64,000 nt of DNA from Heterodontus francisci (Eukaryota), in assembly GCF_036365525.1 (NCBI RefSeq), contig NC_090371.1, forward strand, positions 62,871,654-62,935,653, read 5' to 3'. Below the pieces are notes generated by a model. That model had not been told where the DNA came from. It ran no database searches and saw nothing but the letters and a program-made list of their open reading frames with translations. Below, piece by piece: positions 37,722 through 52,700 of the stretch (positions within the stretch are counted from its first letter, which is position 1; the number at the start of each line of letters is the position of its first letter). Both the position numbers and the translations under genes were made by a program.

Positions 37722-40700
37722 CTGACAAACAGTCATATTTAAAAAAAAAATTTACTAAGATACAAACAAAAGTGGATTTTGAAAAATTCTCAGCATTCAA
37801 CTCAAACTTTATAAATATCCCACTGATAATTCTAGGAAATGACAAAGCCCACCTATTTTTCTACAGCACAAATGATTTCCACACTCAACACTATATTCTT
37901 CAAACATTTTGTATCTACCTTTTAATTACTTTAAGGCAAGCAGAAAAATAATGCCGAAGAAAATCCAATTTTTTTTTTGAAAGGGATTAAACCGGTTTTA
38001 TGTAAATGCTTAAGAAATGAAGGCCTAGATTTAACCACCGCGCCCCCTACCCCCTCCCAAGGTGCTGGGTGGTGCTGTTTATTAAAATATTGTGATCAAG
38101 TAACCCAACCTCAGTCCCATTGGTTTAATTTTTTTAAAACCCAAAAGTCAACCCATCAACGAGGTTCCCACAAAAGGTTAGGTGCCTAATTAGCATTCAA
38201 AAATGTGCAGCCCAATGACATCAACACCATGATTTAAACTGAACTGCACGTCGGGGAGAGGCCTGTGGTATGAGATTCCTGGCAGATCTGCCTTGATTCA
38301 GTACCCCTTAATAGAGTTAGCTAACAAAAATCTACCAATCTCAGTTTTGACATTTTCAAGTGACCAAGCTTCAATAGAATTTTGGGAGACAGCGAAAGTT
38401 CTAATAACCTTTGTGTGAAGAAGTACTTCTTGACATGACCCTGAATGCCCAGCTTGAACATTAAGGTTACGCCCTCTTTTTCTGGGCTTTGCTACCGGAG
38501 GAAATCGTTTCTTTCTATCTAGCCAAGTGGATCAAATATCAGTAGGAGAGCATTTAGGGGATAGTGATCATTGTATCATAAGGTTTAGGTTGACTATGGA
38601 AAGGACAAAGAACAATCTAGAGTAGGAATAATTAACTGAGGTACAGCCAACTTCAATGGGGTAAGAATGGATTGGGGCTGAATAAATTGGAATCAAAGGT
38701 TGGTAGGAAAAACAGTCGCTGAACAATGGGCTAGCTTCAAAGAAGAAACTGTTTGGGCATAGTCAAGGTATATTCCCTTCTCAGTCTACACTGACAACTG
38801 CTGAGAATAAGTTTTAAGGGTCAATTTCTATCTAAAGTCTAGTTTTTTTTCTTCAATTTAGCAGTTAACTAAAAATTACTCCCTAAGAGAAGATAAGTTT
38901 TATTCCGGGCTAAAAACAAGCTCTGGGAGCAGCTGCAGCTAGTTACTCAAGTAGCTGGCTTAAACTGGTTTTCAGAAGCTTGAATCAGTTTTTTCACAGA
39001 AAGTATAAAAGCAGGGCTTCCTCAGTGCTGCTTTGTCCATACAGAGTGTAAAATGGGAGTTTCGTGAGTGAGGGAGGTGCTCCTTTCTTTTTTTTTCTAC
39101 CTTTTCTCAGCCTCCAGTAGCTGGCTCTTTCTTCGGGGAAGATGCTAATTGGTGAGTAACTGGTAAGTTATTCTAATTATAATAAATAGTTTTTGAAGTT
39201 ACGGTATGGCAGGTCAGCTTGGCCAAGTAGAATGTACGTCCTGCTGTATGTGGGAAGTCATGGATGCACCGTGTGTCCTAGACGAACATGTCTGCAGGAA
39301 GTGTCACCGGCTGCAGAAGTTAAAGTTCTGGATTTCGGAACTTGAGCAGCAGCTGGAGTCAATGTTGCGCATCTGCGAGGCAGAGGACTACGTGGATAGC
39401 ATGTTTAGTGAGGTGGTCACACTGCACATTTGGAGTATGCAGGCAGAGACAGAATGGGTGACTGGTTCTTTTAGACTGCCTGGCAGACAGGCAGTGCAGG
39501 AGTCCAGAGTCTATCTTGCTTGCTAATTGGCTTTCCATTTTGGATACTAGGGAGGGTGATGGTTCCTCAGGGGAGTGCAGCCAGAGCAAAGTTTGTGGCA
39601 CCACAGGTGGATCAGCTGCACAGTAGGGGGAAAGAGGAGTGGAAGAGCAATCGTGTTAGGGGATTCGATAGTCAGGGGATCAGACAGGTGTTTCTGCGAT
39701 AGTAAATGTGAAGTGATGTGATAAACAGATACTTGGATAATAATAATGATCTGATTGGGCATAGTCAGCATGGATTAATGAATGGGAAATCATGTTTGAC
39801 GAACCCATTGGGAGTTTTTTTGAGAATGTTATTAACAGAATTGATAAAGGGGAGTCGGTGGATATCGTATACTTGGATTTTCAGAAGGCTTTTGATAAAG
39901 TGCCCCACAGGAGGTTGGTTAGCAAAATTAAAGCACATGGGGTAGGAGGTAATATACTGGCATGGATTAAGGATTAGTTAACAGGCAGAAAGGAGAGAGT
40001 AGGAATAAACTGGTCAATCTCACATTGGCAGGCTGTGACTAGTGTGGTACCGCAAGGATCAGTACTTGGGCCCCAGCTGTTCATAATATATATCAATGAT
40101 TTGGACATGGGTCCAAATGTAATATTTCCAAGTTCACAGATGACACAAAACGAGGTGGGAATGTGTGTTGTGAGGAAGATGCAAAGCGGCTTCAAGGGGA
40201 TTTGGAAAGACTTAGCGAGTGGTCAAAAACGTGGCGATGGAATAGAATATGGAAAAATATGACGTTATCCATTTCGGTAGGAGGAACAGATGAGCAGAGT
40301 ATTTCTTTAAATGGTAAGAGATTAGAAAGTGTAGATGTACTAGGGAATCTGGATGTCTTTGCCAATAAGTCACTAAAAGCCAACATGCAATTCTGAAGGC
40401 TTATGGTATGTTAGCCTTTATCGCAAGAGGTTTTGAGTACAGGAGTACTGAAGTCTTGCTTCAATTGTATAGAACTCTTGGTTGGACCACACCTGGAGTA
40501 CTGTGTGCAGTTTTGGTCCCCTTACTTTAGGAAGGATATTATTGCCATAGAGGGAGTGCAACAAAGGCTCACCAGACTTGTTGTTGGGATGGTGGGACTG
40601 TCCTATGAAAAAGAGATTGGGGAAACTGGGCCTGTATTCTTGAGTTTCGAAGAACGAGAGGTGACCTCATTGAAAGCTACAAAATTCTTAAAGGGATAGA

Positions 40701-43700
40701 CAGGGTAGATGCAGCTAAGATGTTTCCCCTGGTTTGGGAGTCTAGAACCAGGAGACACAATTTCAAATGAAGGGGGACCGAGATAAGAAGAAATCTCTTT
40801 AGAAACATAGAAAATAGGTGAAGTAGGCCATTCAGCCCTGCTCCGCCATTCAAAAAAGATCATGGCTAATCGTCTAATTCAGCACACTGTTCCTGCAGTA
40901 CCCTGTTCCTGCTTTCTCCCCGTATTCCTTGATCCCTTTGGCATTAATATATCTATCTCCTTCTTGAAAATATTTAATGACTCAGTCTCCACTGCCTTCT
41001 GCGGTAGAGAATTTCACAGGTTCACCACCCTCAGTGAAGAAATTTCTCCTCGTCTGTTCTAAATGGCATACCGTGTCCTGAGACTGACTTTTTTTTTTAA
41101 AATAGAGATACAGCACTGAAACAGGCCCTTCGGCCCACTGAGTCTGTGCCGACCATCAACCACCCATTTATACTAATCCTATATTCCTACCACATCCCCA
41201 CCTGTCCCTATATTTCCCTACCACCTACCTATACTAGGGGCAATTTAGAATGGCCAATTTACCGATCAACCTGCAAGCCTTTGGCATGTGGGAGGAAACC
41301 GGAGTACCCGGAGGAAACCCACGCAGACACAGGGAGAACTTACAAACTCCACAAAGGTAGTACCCAGAATTGAACCCGGGTCGCTGGAGCTGCGAGGCTG
41401 CGGTGCGAACTACTGCGCCGCCCTGGTTCTGGACTCCCCATCCATCGGGAACATCCTCCCTGCATCTAACCTGTTTAGTCCTGTTAGAAACCAATAAAAT
41501 TCTATGAGATCCCCCCTCATTCTTCTAAACTCTAGTGAATAGAGGCCTAGTCAACCCAATCTCTCCTCATACGTCAATCCTGCCATCCCAGGAATCAGCC
41601 TAGTAAATCTTCTTTGCACTCTCTCCATGTCAAGAACATCCTTCCTCAGATAAGGAGACCAAAACTGCACACAATACTCCAGATGTGGTCTCACCAAGGC
41701 CCTGTATAACTGCAGTAAGACATCCTTGCTCCTGTACTCAAATCCTCCTGCAATGAAGGCCAACATACCATTCGCCTTCCTAACTGCTTGCTGCACCTGA
41801 ATGCTTGCTTTCAGCGACTGGTGTACAAGGATACCCAGATCTCACTGCACCTCCCCCTTTCCCAATCTATCACCATTCAGATAATAATCTGCCTTTCTAT
41901 TTTTACAACCAAAGTGGATAACCTCACATTTATCCACATTATACTGCATCCGCCCACTCACCAACTTGTCCAAATCACATTGGAGCCTCTTTGCATCCTC
42001 CTCACAGCTCCCTCCCCCCACCCCCCCAACTTTGTGCCGTCTGCAAACTTGGAAATGTTGCATTTAGTTCCCTCACCCAAGTCATTAAATATATATTGTG
42101 AATAGCTGGGACCCTAGCACGGATCCCTGCGGTACCCTCCTAGTCACTGCCTGCCACCTGGAAAAAGTCCTGTTTATTCCGACTGTTTCCTGTGTCAACC
42201 AATTCTCAATCCATACCAGTATACTACCCCCAATCCCATGTGCTTTAATTTTGCACACTAAACTCTTATGCAGGACCTTATGAAATGCCTTCTGAAAATC
42301 CAAATACACCACATCCACTGGTTCTCGCTTATCTAGTCTACTGGCTACATCCTCAAAAAACTCCTGTAGATTTGTTAAGCATGACTTCCCTTTCATAAAC
42401 CCATGATGACTTTGCCCAATCCCTTCTATGCTTTCCAGGTGTACTACTATCACATCCTTTATAATAGACTCCAGCATTTTCTCCACTACTAATGCAAGGC
42501 TAACTGGTCTGTAGTTCCTTGTTTTTTCTCTCCCTCCTTTTTTAAAATAGTGGGGTTACATTTGCCACCCTCCAATCTGTAGGAACTGCTCCAGAGTCTA
42601 TAGAAATTTTGGAAGATGACCACCAATGCATCCACTATTTCCAGGACCACCTCCTTTAGTACTCTGGGATGTAGATCATCAGGCCCGGGGATTTGTCAGC
42701 CTTTAATCCCATTAATTTTCCTAGCACTTTTTTTTTTTAAAAACTAATACTGATTTCCATCAGTTCCTCCCTCTCATAAGAGCTTTGGTTCCCTAACATT
42801 TCTGCGAGGTTATTTGTGTCCTCCTTTGTGAAGACAGAACCAAAATGTGTGTTTAATTGTTCTGCCATTTCTTTGTTCCCCATTATAATTTCCCCTGTTT
42901 CTGACTGTAAGGGACCCACATTTGTCTTCACTAATCTTTTTCTCTTCACATATTTATAGAAGCTTTTACAGTCAATTTTATGTTCCCCGCAAGTTTACTC
43001 TCATACTCTATTTTCCCCTACTTAAATCAACCTCTTTGTCCTCCTTTGCTGAATACTAAACTGCTCCCAATCCTCAGACTTGCTGCCTTTTTGGCAATTT
43101 TATATGTCTCCTCTTTGGATCTAGTACTATCCCTAATTTCTTTTGTAAGCCACAGTTGAGCCACCTTTCCATTTTTATTTTTGCAGGAATTAATAATTGT
43201 TGTAATTCATGCACACATTCTTTAAATATTATCCATTGCCTATCCACCATTAACCCTGTTAGTAAAGTTCCCCAATCTACCATAGCTAACTCGCGCCTCA
43301 TGCCTTTGTAGTTTTCTTTATTTAGATTCAGGGCCCTAGTTTCGGATTCAACTACTTCCCTCTCCACCTTAATGAAGAATTCAATCATGTTATGGTCGCT
43401 CCTCCCCAAGGGACCCTGCAAAACAAGATTGCTAATTAATCCTTTCTCATTGCACAATACCCAGTCTAGGATAGCCTGTGCCCTAGTTGGTTCATCAACA
43501 TATTGGTCTAAAAAACAGTCATGTACACATTTCAGGAAATTCTCCTCCACAGTATTATTGCTATTTGGCTTGACCAATCTATATGTAGATTAAAATCACC
43601 CATGATTACAGTTTATTGCATGCATCTCTAATTTCCTGTTTAATGCCATCCCTTACATCCCCACTACTGTTTGAGGGCCTATAGATAACCCCCAAAGTTC

Positions 43701-46700
43701 TCCTTGGTGTTTCTTAGCTCCACCCATACAGATTCCAACATCATGATTTTGAGCCAATATCCTTCCTCACTATTGCATTGATTTCCTCCTTTACTAACAT
43801 TACCCCTCCTCCTTTCTCTTTTTGCCCGTCCTTCCTAAATATTGAATACCCCTGGATGTTCAGTTCCCATCCTTGGTCACCTTGCATCCATGTCTCCGTA
43901 ATCGCTGCTATATCATAACCGTTCATATCTATTTGCGCTGTTAATTCATCTACCTTATTGCTAATGCTCCACGCAGTAAGACACAATGCCTTTAGACTTG
44001 TCTTTTTAACATGGTTAGTTATCTTAGCTTTATTTTGCACTACAGCCCCATTTGTTTCTCGCCCTGGTTTCTTCTGCCTTCCACTTTTGCTTCTTACCTT
44101 TGTCTTTCATTTCTATCCTGGTTTCCCTCTCCTCTGTCTCCCTGCTCAGATTCCCATCCCCCTGCCATTCTAATTTAAACCCTCCACAACAGCACTAGCA
44201 AACACCGCACCCCCCACCCCGAGAAAATTGGTCCTGGTCTTGCCCAGATGCAACCCGTCCAGCTTGTACTGCCAATAGATTGCCTCCAATTCCATGCACT
44301 GCCAATTTTCTTTTATTAACAGTCTCTTCTGGGGAACCCATCGAATGCCTTCTGAAAGTCCATATAAACAACATCCACAGGCACTCACTTACCCCTCATG
44401 TTTGTTATCTCCTTAAAAAAAATTCAACTAAGTTCATTCGATATGATTTACCCTTTACAAATCCTTGCTGGCTCTCTCTGATCAGCTCATATTTGGCTAA
44501 ATGCTGTCACCAGTCCCCAATAAACAGAATTTCCCCAATACTGACAGTAGAGTAACAGGCCTATAATTTCCTAGTTTAATCGCTCTCAGCTTTCTTGAAC
44601 AGTGGTGGGATGTTGGCCAATTTCCAATCAAGGGAACAATTCTGGAACGGAGTGTGTTTTGGGAATCATGACTAACACCACCAATTTTCTCACTTACTTC
44701 TTTTAATACCCTGGGCTGGAAATCATCAGGTCCTGAGATTTGGCTATCTTTAACAACGTTAGCTTCTTTATTACCACTTTTAAAAAATTCGACTTGTATT
44801 GAATCTAGTTAGTTCCTGCCCTTCATTTATTTTTAGATTAATATCTTCAATACTATGCCAAATACATTTCATATAGCCCACTTTGGCTATGCCGGATCTG
44901 TAAAAAATAAAATATCTGTTGCCTGACAGCCACTGAGAATGTGGCTTGAAATGGCAGCCAATGAGGGCAGCCTGGGGCTTGCAGTTTCCCTACTGTTGGG
45001 TGCCGTTCCTCAGCACTCTAGCTACAACCTTTTGCAGGTAATTATTGATCTCACCTGCAATATGGCCGGCTATTGGACAGGAGCTGGACCAAAATTATTT
45101 AAATAAGGCCTGCTATTAAGCTCAGCAGGGCCTCAATGTCTCAGGCATTGTAGGGTTAATTGTCTACTATCAGGCTTTCCTGTACACTTCTTGCCTCCCT
45201 GTCAGTATCGAGGAAGAAGTTTTAAGGTTTTTCTAGTTAAAGTATCAGCTCACCATGCTCGCATCGATGACCTGTCCTTTTCCAGATTGCATTCTCTCGT
45301 ACAGAGCTAGGATTATACCCATAGCACACATAACCCCACCTCCAGCAAAGTCAGCCACAACGTTTAGTGGCGCGTAGGGATTCTCACCTTTCCTGCCAAA
45401 TTTTGACAGTAGACCTAAGTTCCAAATAAATGCTGTTAGCAAACTGCATAACAAAAACACAGGCATATAACTTTTCCTACAGGGAAACAGATCAACATTA
45501 AAGTGTTTTTATTTGTTCTTTGGATTATCCACATTGCTGGCAAAACTGATATTTACTGCCACCCCTAATTGCCCTTAAAGATAGTGGTGGGGCTTCTTCT
45601 TGGACTGCTGCAGTCCTTTTGATGAAGATACTCCGACAGTGCTGTTAGGTAGGGTGTTTCAAGATATTGACCCAGTCACTATGAAGGAACGGTGATATGT
45701 CCAAGCCAAGATGGTGTGTGATTTGGAGGGTAGAGGTTGTGGTGCTCCCCCCATGCAACTGCTGCCCTGCCCTTGTTCTTCTGAGTGGTGGAGGTTGTGA
45801 GTTTGTGATGTGCTGCCAAAGAAGCTTTAGTGAGTTGCTGCTGTACATCCTTTAGGTACTACATATTGCAGCCATGTCATGTCAGTGGTGGAGGGAAGTG
45901 AACGTTTAAGCTGCTGGATGGGGTGCTGATCAAGTGGACTACTTTGTCCTGGATTGTGTTGGGCTTCTTCAATGTTGTTACATATGCACCCAACCAGACA
46001 AGTGGAAAGTATTCCACTGCACTCCTAACCTTAAAGGATACAAACCAATATTTCAAGCAGAGAGAAATAAGAATGACTGATGGAGTCAGTTTTGTTAAGT
46101 ACAGAAGTAGCCAATTGCACATTACCATCTGTTTCTGTGGTAGTAGCTTGCATCAACTCTCTTCAGTTCATTCTCACCTCCATTTAAATTAAAGGGAGGA
46201 GGCAATCTTGAGGGAAGGCAGAGAGATCAGACATCATGGGAGTTGATTCTTTCTGCAGCCCAGGAAGCACGAGTGCTCCTTTTGACCCCACAAATAACTC
46301 AAACTTGCATTGTTTTTCTTCATCAAAACTTCCGAATGGCCTGCAGCAATCCCTTTAAGGACTGCTGGGGAGGCCATTCATCACCAAGTACCAATCAGGA
46401 GAGCATGCCCTGTGTACACACCCCATATTGGTACCTCAGATTTGCACTGGGATCCTAAATTAGCATTATATGACTCCAAATTTTATAAGATGAGATCCCC
46501 GCTCATTTTCGGCAGGCATCTGAACCACCACTTAAATGCCCCACTAAAATGCCAGTGGAAATATAGCAGCACAGTAGTTACTGCCCTATCAATCATGGTA
46601 CCTCCTTTACCTGGCAAAGGGGGTGAAAATTGGCTCCAGTATTTCTTAATCTGCATATTTCTAAACAGTTGCATTTTATATTTCTGACACTGGTGTAATG

Positions 46701-49700
46701 AGAACAAGTTAAGAAAAAAATACTTCTGCATGAAGTATTTCATGCAGCTGGGTGGCACAGTGGTTAGCACCGCAGCCTCACAGCTCCAGGGACCCGGGTT
46801 CGATTCTGGGTACTGCCGGTGTGGAGTTTGCAAGTTCTCCCTGTGACCGCATGAGTTTTCGCCGGGTGCTCTGGTTTCCTCCCACAGCCAAAGACTTGCA
46901 GGTTGATAGGCAAATTGGCCATTATAAATTTCCCCTAGTATAGGTAGGTGGTAGCGGAAGGTGGGGATGTGGTAGGAGTCAGTTACTAGGGGACATAGGT
47001 TTAAGGTGCGAGGGGCAAAGTTTAGAGGGGATGTACGAGGCATGTTTTTTTAAATTTTTTTTTTATATACAGAGGGTGGTGAGTGCCTGGAACTTGCTGC
47101 CAGGGGAGGTGGTGGAAGCAGATACGATAGCGACGTTTAAGAGACATTAGCATAAATGGGTGGTTGATGGTCGGCACAGACTCCGTGGGCCGAAGGGCCC
47201 GTTTCAGTGCTGTATCTCAAAAAAAAAAATAAAAATAAAAAAAATGAAGGTGCCATAGCACTACCTTAATGTTCTCTAGCTAGGTTAGGCTGGCAACAAA
47301 ACAACGATACTGAAGAGGAAAACAAATTAATGATGTTGCTCCTTAGTGGCCCATCTGAGGAGGCAAATAAGAATTAGCCCGAGTACAATCTGCCTACTCC
47401 TTCTTAGACAGGGAGTATTACACTATTTAACCCACAAGCCAACATTCAGAAACAATTTTCAAACTATACTGTATGATATCATAACTGATGCTGCAAGTAT
47501 GCCTCAGTTTTACAACTTGCATATTCAGTTGGATTGATTACATTAGTATAAATGGGTGGTTGATGGTCGGCACAGACTCGGTGGGCCGAAGGGCCTGTTT
47601 CAGTGCTGTATCTCTACAAGAATTTAATGTTGTAAGGAAAATTATAACTTTTTTTTTTAAATTGGAAAGGGTTCAGTAAAATATAAACCTATGCTGATCC
47701 ATCTCCCCCTTCTGTTCAAAATCTGCTTAACTCCTGTCAAAGTGTTTAATTTATACTAACCCAATGAACACAGTAACATTAATTCTTTTCTGCTGAACTT
47801 TATTATAATAAATCCATTCCAATTACCTGACACAGCAACATAGTTGATATCATGTCCAGCATTTCTGGAATATAGTCCACTCTGTCCAAACCCAGTCAGC
47901 CTGGCATAGATAAGCTTTGGATTCTGTCCAAGTACATCTTCAGGGCCAAGACCTAGCTTCTCCATGACACCTAAGAGGAGACACCGGTTTTGTGCACTTA
48001 GATCAGCCAGCAAACCATCTATCGCTTTGAAGAATACAGTTGCAATGTTGCATAAAAGTATAAAGTAAAGTAATGCAAATAAATATTCCACAGCAGGCAG
48101 CTGGTACCTGTTGGCATCTCAGAGCAGTGGATGCAGATTTAATTCTGCATTCCAAGATATATTTGAAAAGGAAAAATTTGCAGAGCTATGAGGAAAGAAC
48201 AGGGGGATGGGACTTATTGGGTAGCTCTTTCAGTCTCTCAGCATAGGAGGGCATCTTTGGTGCCACGAGCAGAACAGCTTTTTTTAATCCCCCTGTACGT
48301 TTCTGTAATTTTAGCCACAGCCTATTATTTGTATAAAAGCAAAATACTGCTGATGCTGGAAATCTGAAATAAAAACAAGAAATGCTGGAACCACTCAGCA
48401 GGTCTGGCAGCATCTGTGTGTCAGTGACCCTTCTTCAGAACTGGCAAATATTAGAAATGTCACAGGTGAGGCAGGGGTGGGGCAAGAGATAAGAAAGGAG
48501 AAGGTGTAGATTGGACAAGGCCACATAGCTGACCCAAAGGTCATGGAGCAAAGGCAAACAATATGTTAATGGTGTTGTAAGAAAAAGCATTAGTACAGAT
48601 AGGGTGTTAACGGACTGACAATTAAACAGCAGCAAGTACAAACATGAAAAAAAAAGTGGGTAAGCAAACTGAACAAACTAAGATGAAATGAAATAAATGC
48701 GAAAAAAGTAAAAAAGAAAAAACTACTAAAAATAAAAGTAAAATGGGGGGCCAGTCATGCTCTGAAGTTATTGAACTCAATGTTCAGTTCAGCAGGCTGT
48801 AGCGTGCCTAAATCGGTAAATGAGATGCTGTTCCTCGAGCTTGCGTTGATGTTCACTGGAACACTGCAGCAATCCCAGGATAGAGATGCGAGCACGAGAG
48901 CAGGGAGGGGGGGGGGGGGGGGGGGGGGGGGTGGAAATCCTCGGTTGAGGAAAAAAGGAGGTCATATCAGAAGCACCATCATGGAAGGTAGCATCATCAG
49001 AGCAGATGCATCGGAGACGGAGAAACTGGGAGAATGGAATGGAGTCCTTACAGGAGGTAGGGTGTGAAGAAGTGTAGTAGAGGTAGCTGTGGGAGTCGGT
49101 GGGCTTATAATGGATATTAGTAGACAACCTATCCGCAGAGATGGAGACAGAGAAGTCGAGGAAGGGAAGGGAAGTGTCAGAGATGGACCATGTAAAAAGG
49201 TGAGAGAATGGTGGAAATTGGAAGCAAAGTTGATAAAGTTCTCCAGTTTGGGGCGGGAGCAGGAAACAGCACCGATACAGTCATCAATGTACCGGAAAAA
49301 GAGTTGAAGGAGGGGGCCTGAGTAAGACTGGAACAAAGAATGCTCGACATATCCCACAAAGAGACAGGCATAACTAGGACCCATGCGGGTACCCATAGCA
49401 ACACCTTTTACTTGGAGAGTGAGTGGATTATTATTTGTATACACAGATGATTTTAGTTTTAGTTTGACTTAATTTGTCTGGGGATTGTTACAATGTACAG
49501 GTTTCTACTCCCATATTCCCATACACAGCTTTTACCTCTCCAACACTAAATTGAAAGATTCATCAGTAGATATTTCCATTTAACAGTTGTGGACTTGAGA
49601 CTAGTTCAGAGACTGAACGTTGCCTCTGTCTACTCGTTAAAAATTAATCTATTTGGGACCTTTGTAACAGTCTCCATCTAGTCATAGTGAGCCCAGTTCC

Positions 49701-52700
49701 ACATCATAGTATTGCCTGGAATTTCAGACAAAGTGACAATGAATTGGTAATTTCCTTTAGCGAAGCTGTACACATAACTGGTGCGGCAATTGGAGAAATT
49801 GCACTCATACAGTAGCAGTGGTCTTTGGAAGTTGGGACTAAAAACATTTGGAATGCTCTGATCATTATATGTAGCAAATCATAAATACACTTGCTTTTGA
49901 ATGCATTTATGAAGCTACTACATAATGACCAAAACAATTTTCTCCTTATTGTTAGAGACGAACACAAAGTTTAATTGAGGCCACTCCTGGGAGGGCTTAC
50001 TCACGACAAGAGTGTGTTTTCCAGCCTCAATATTCCTCATGCCAGTTACTACAAAAAGATATCAAATATTTTTTAAAAAATGTCCAAAACTTCCACTTTA
50101 TGAGAGTGGGGTAAACTGTTACTATTGGCTGAGGGGGATGGTGGGAAGGGGTTGAAGGGCAAAGATATCTAGGTTTTGGGGTAAAAGTTCGGGACCGGCA
50201 AAACAAGTTTGTTTGGGGGGAAATAAATAACTTGTTAGGTCATTGGATTTCGGAGGGGGGTGGAAGAGGGGCTTCGTTCTATTGTTGAATGTGTAAATTT
50301 AAATCACACGTGCAGTTCTCTTTAAAAATGTGAATGTCTTGTAAGAGCTTAAAGCCCTTTAAAGATGGCGCCGGATGCCGTTGCCAGGGATGGAGCGCCC
50401 GCTCCCTCTACATCGGGGCGGGCGTTCTGCCCCCTCCATGTTGAGATGCCACGCAGAATATCGTGGCGGCTCTGCAGCGCACATCTCGCGCATGCGCTGT
50501 GCCAATCTGTAAGCTCAGTGCTGAAAATTCAGCCTATTGTTTCATTTAACTGTTTTTCCTACTCCTCTCCTCTTAAACTATGCTCTCCTTTATAAACCTA
50601 TTCTGGTGCTATCCGAGAGCTAGAGATACCAATGGTGACTGGGTCCCAAGAAGATGGAGTCCAGGACAGCAGCCTCACAGCTCCAGTGACCCGGGTTCAA
50701 TTCTGGGTGCTGCCTGTACGGAGTTTGCAAGTTCTCCCTGTGACCGCGTGGGTTTCCGTGGGTGCTCCGGTTTCCTCCCACAGCCAAAGACTTGCAGGTT
50801 GATGGGTAAATTGGCCATTGTAAATTGACCCTAGTGTAGGTAGGTGGTAGGAGAATTGAGCGAAGATGGGGATGTGGTAGGGAATATGGGATTAATGTAG
50901 GATTAGTATAAATGGGTGGTTGATGGTTGGCACAGACTCGGTGGGCCGAAGGGCCCGTATCTCTCTATGACTAACTTCTTTACTCTTCAGCAAGTGGCAT
51001 CACTACTGCAGATGCAAGGACAGCCTGGTCCTGTATCCTGCCATTAACATGGGCAGGCATCTGAGGTGCTTGCTGGAAAGGTAACACCAGCAGCTGTCAT
51101 AAAAGGCGAATTCCAGCAGAGCGCGTAGTGGGAATGCCACTGAATGCATATTCAGAGGCCCAGGCCAATGCCCTGGGGACACAGGTTTAAATTCCATCAT
51201 GGCAGCTGGTGGAATTTAAATTCAATTAAGATCTGGAATTGCAAATTAATGGTGCCATGAAGCTGTCATCGATTGTTGTAAAAGCCCACCTGGTTCACTA
51301 ATGTCCTTTAGGGAAGGAAATCAGCCATTCTCACCTGGTATGGCCCAAATGTAACTTCAGACCCACAGCAATGTGGTTGACTCTTAACTGCCCTCTGAAA
51401 TGGCCTAGCAAGTCACTCCCTTGTCAAGGGCAATTAGGGTTGGGTGACAGCAGTGACACCCACATGCCATGAAAGAATAAAAAAAAAAGCTGAGCCACTT
51501 GTGCTGGCATTTGGATGTGATTGCCACTGACCAGTGGGAGGGTAGACCTGCTGATATCAATTCGATACTACAGACCCTGAAATGGTGTCTCAAGTATCCT
51601 GGAAGCTATTTGCCATCTTTCCCTTCAAACATTTCCTCAAGGCCTGAAAACCAGTGGTCATATAATCCTGGCTGGATATCTCTCATTTCAGCCAGGTGCA
51701 GATATTCCTGGTGTTGTCATTCACCCCAGGCAATGCTGCACTGTGTAAAATTCCTTCTTGGATATTGACACTCAGGATGGAAAATGACACTACTGTGATC
51801 TATGACTATCTGTCTTAGCTCCAAGATGGTCTTCAGGTCAGTATAATGCTCGTCCAACATCTTTCTTTTTAGATCAGGATCCCAGAGATCCAACAATAAC
51901 GTACATAAATACAGCATCTTACAGGAGCACTATAAACAAAATATGACACTAGCCACGGGAAGATATTAGGCCAAGAGTCCAGAGTTAGATGAGCACAGAT
52001 ATCTTGGAGGGTTGTGCGGCTGGAGGAGATTAGAAATAGGGATGGGCAAAGCCATTGGAGGGATCTGAAAATGAGGGTGAGAATTCTCTCCTCACTGTCC
52101 AAGGCCTCAAACACTCCTACCAAGTAAAATAACAATTTATGAGTATTTCTTTCAATTTAGTATACTGCTCACAACGTGGTCTGCTCTACACTGGCAGACC
52201 AAGCACATATTGCAGAACACTTACACTTAGTCCGCAAGCATGTCCCCAAGCTTCCAGCGGCCTGCCATTTTCACTCTCCACCTTGCTCTCACACGGAAAT
52301 CTCTGTCCTCTGCCTACTGCAGTGTTCCAACGAAGCTTAACGCAAGCTTGAGGAACAGCAAATCATCTTTTGATAAGGCATTTTACAGCCTAATTCTGGA
52401 CTCAATGTTGAGTTCAACAATTTCAGAACACAACTTCTGCCCCCATTTTGATTCCTTTTCTTTGCATGTTTCAGCCTTAAACTTGTTTTTCACTTATTTC
52501 TGCTTTCAAGTGGCAGCTATTCATTATTCTGCCATTCACAACTCCTCTGGACATATCTTTTGATTATTTGTCCCATTACTACTCCCTTTGGCTCTGCCCC
52601 ACCAACTCTGTCATTTAATGCATTCCACCTTATCACAGACCTTCCCTTGTTCTTTTTCCACCCTTCCCATTTGACTTACTTAAAACCTATTACATTTCTA

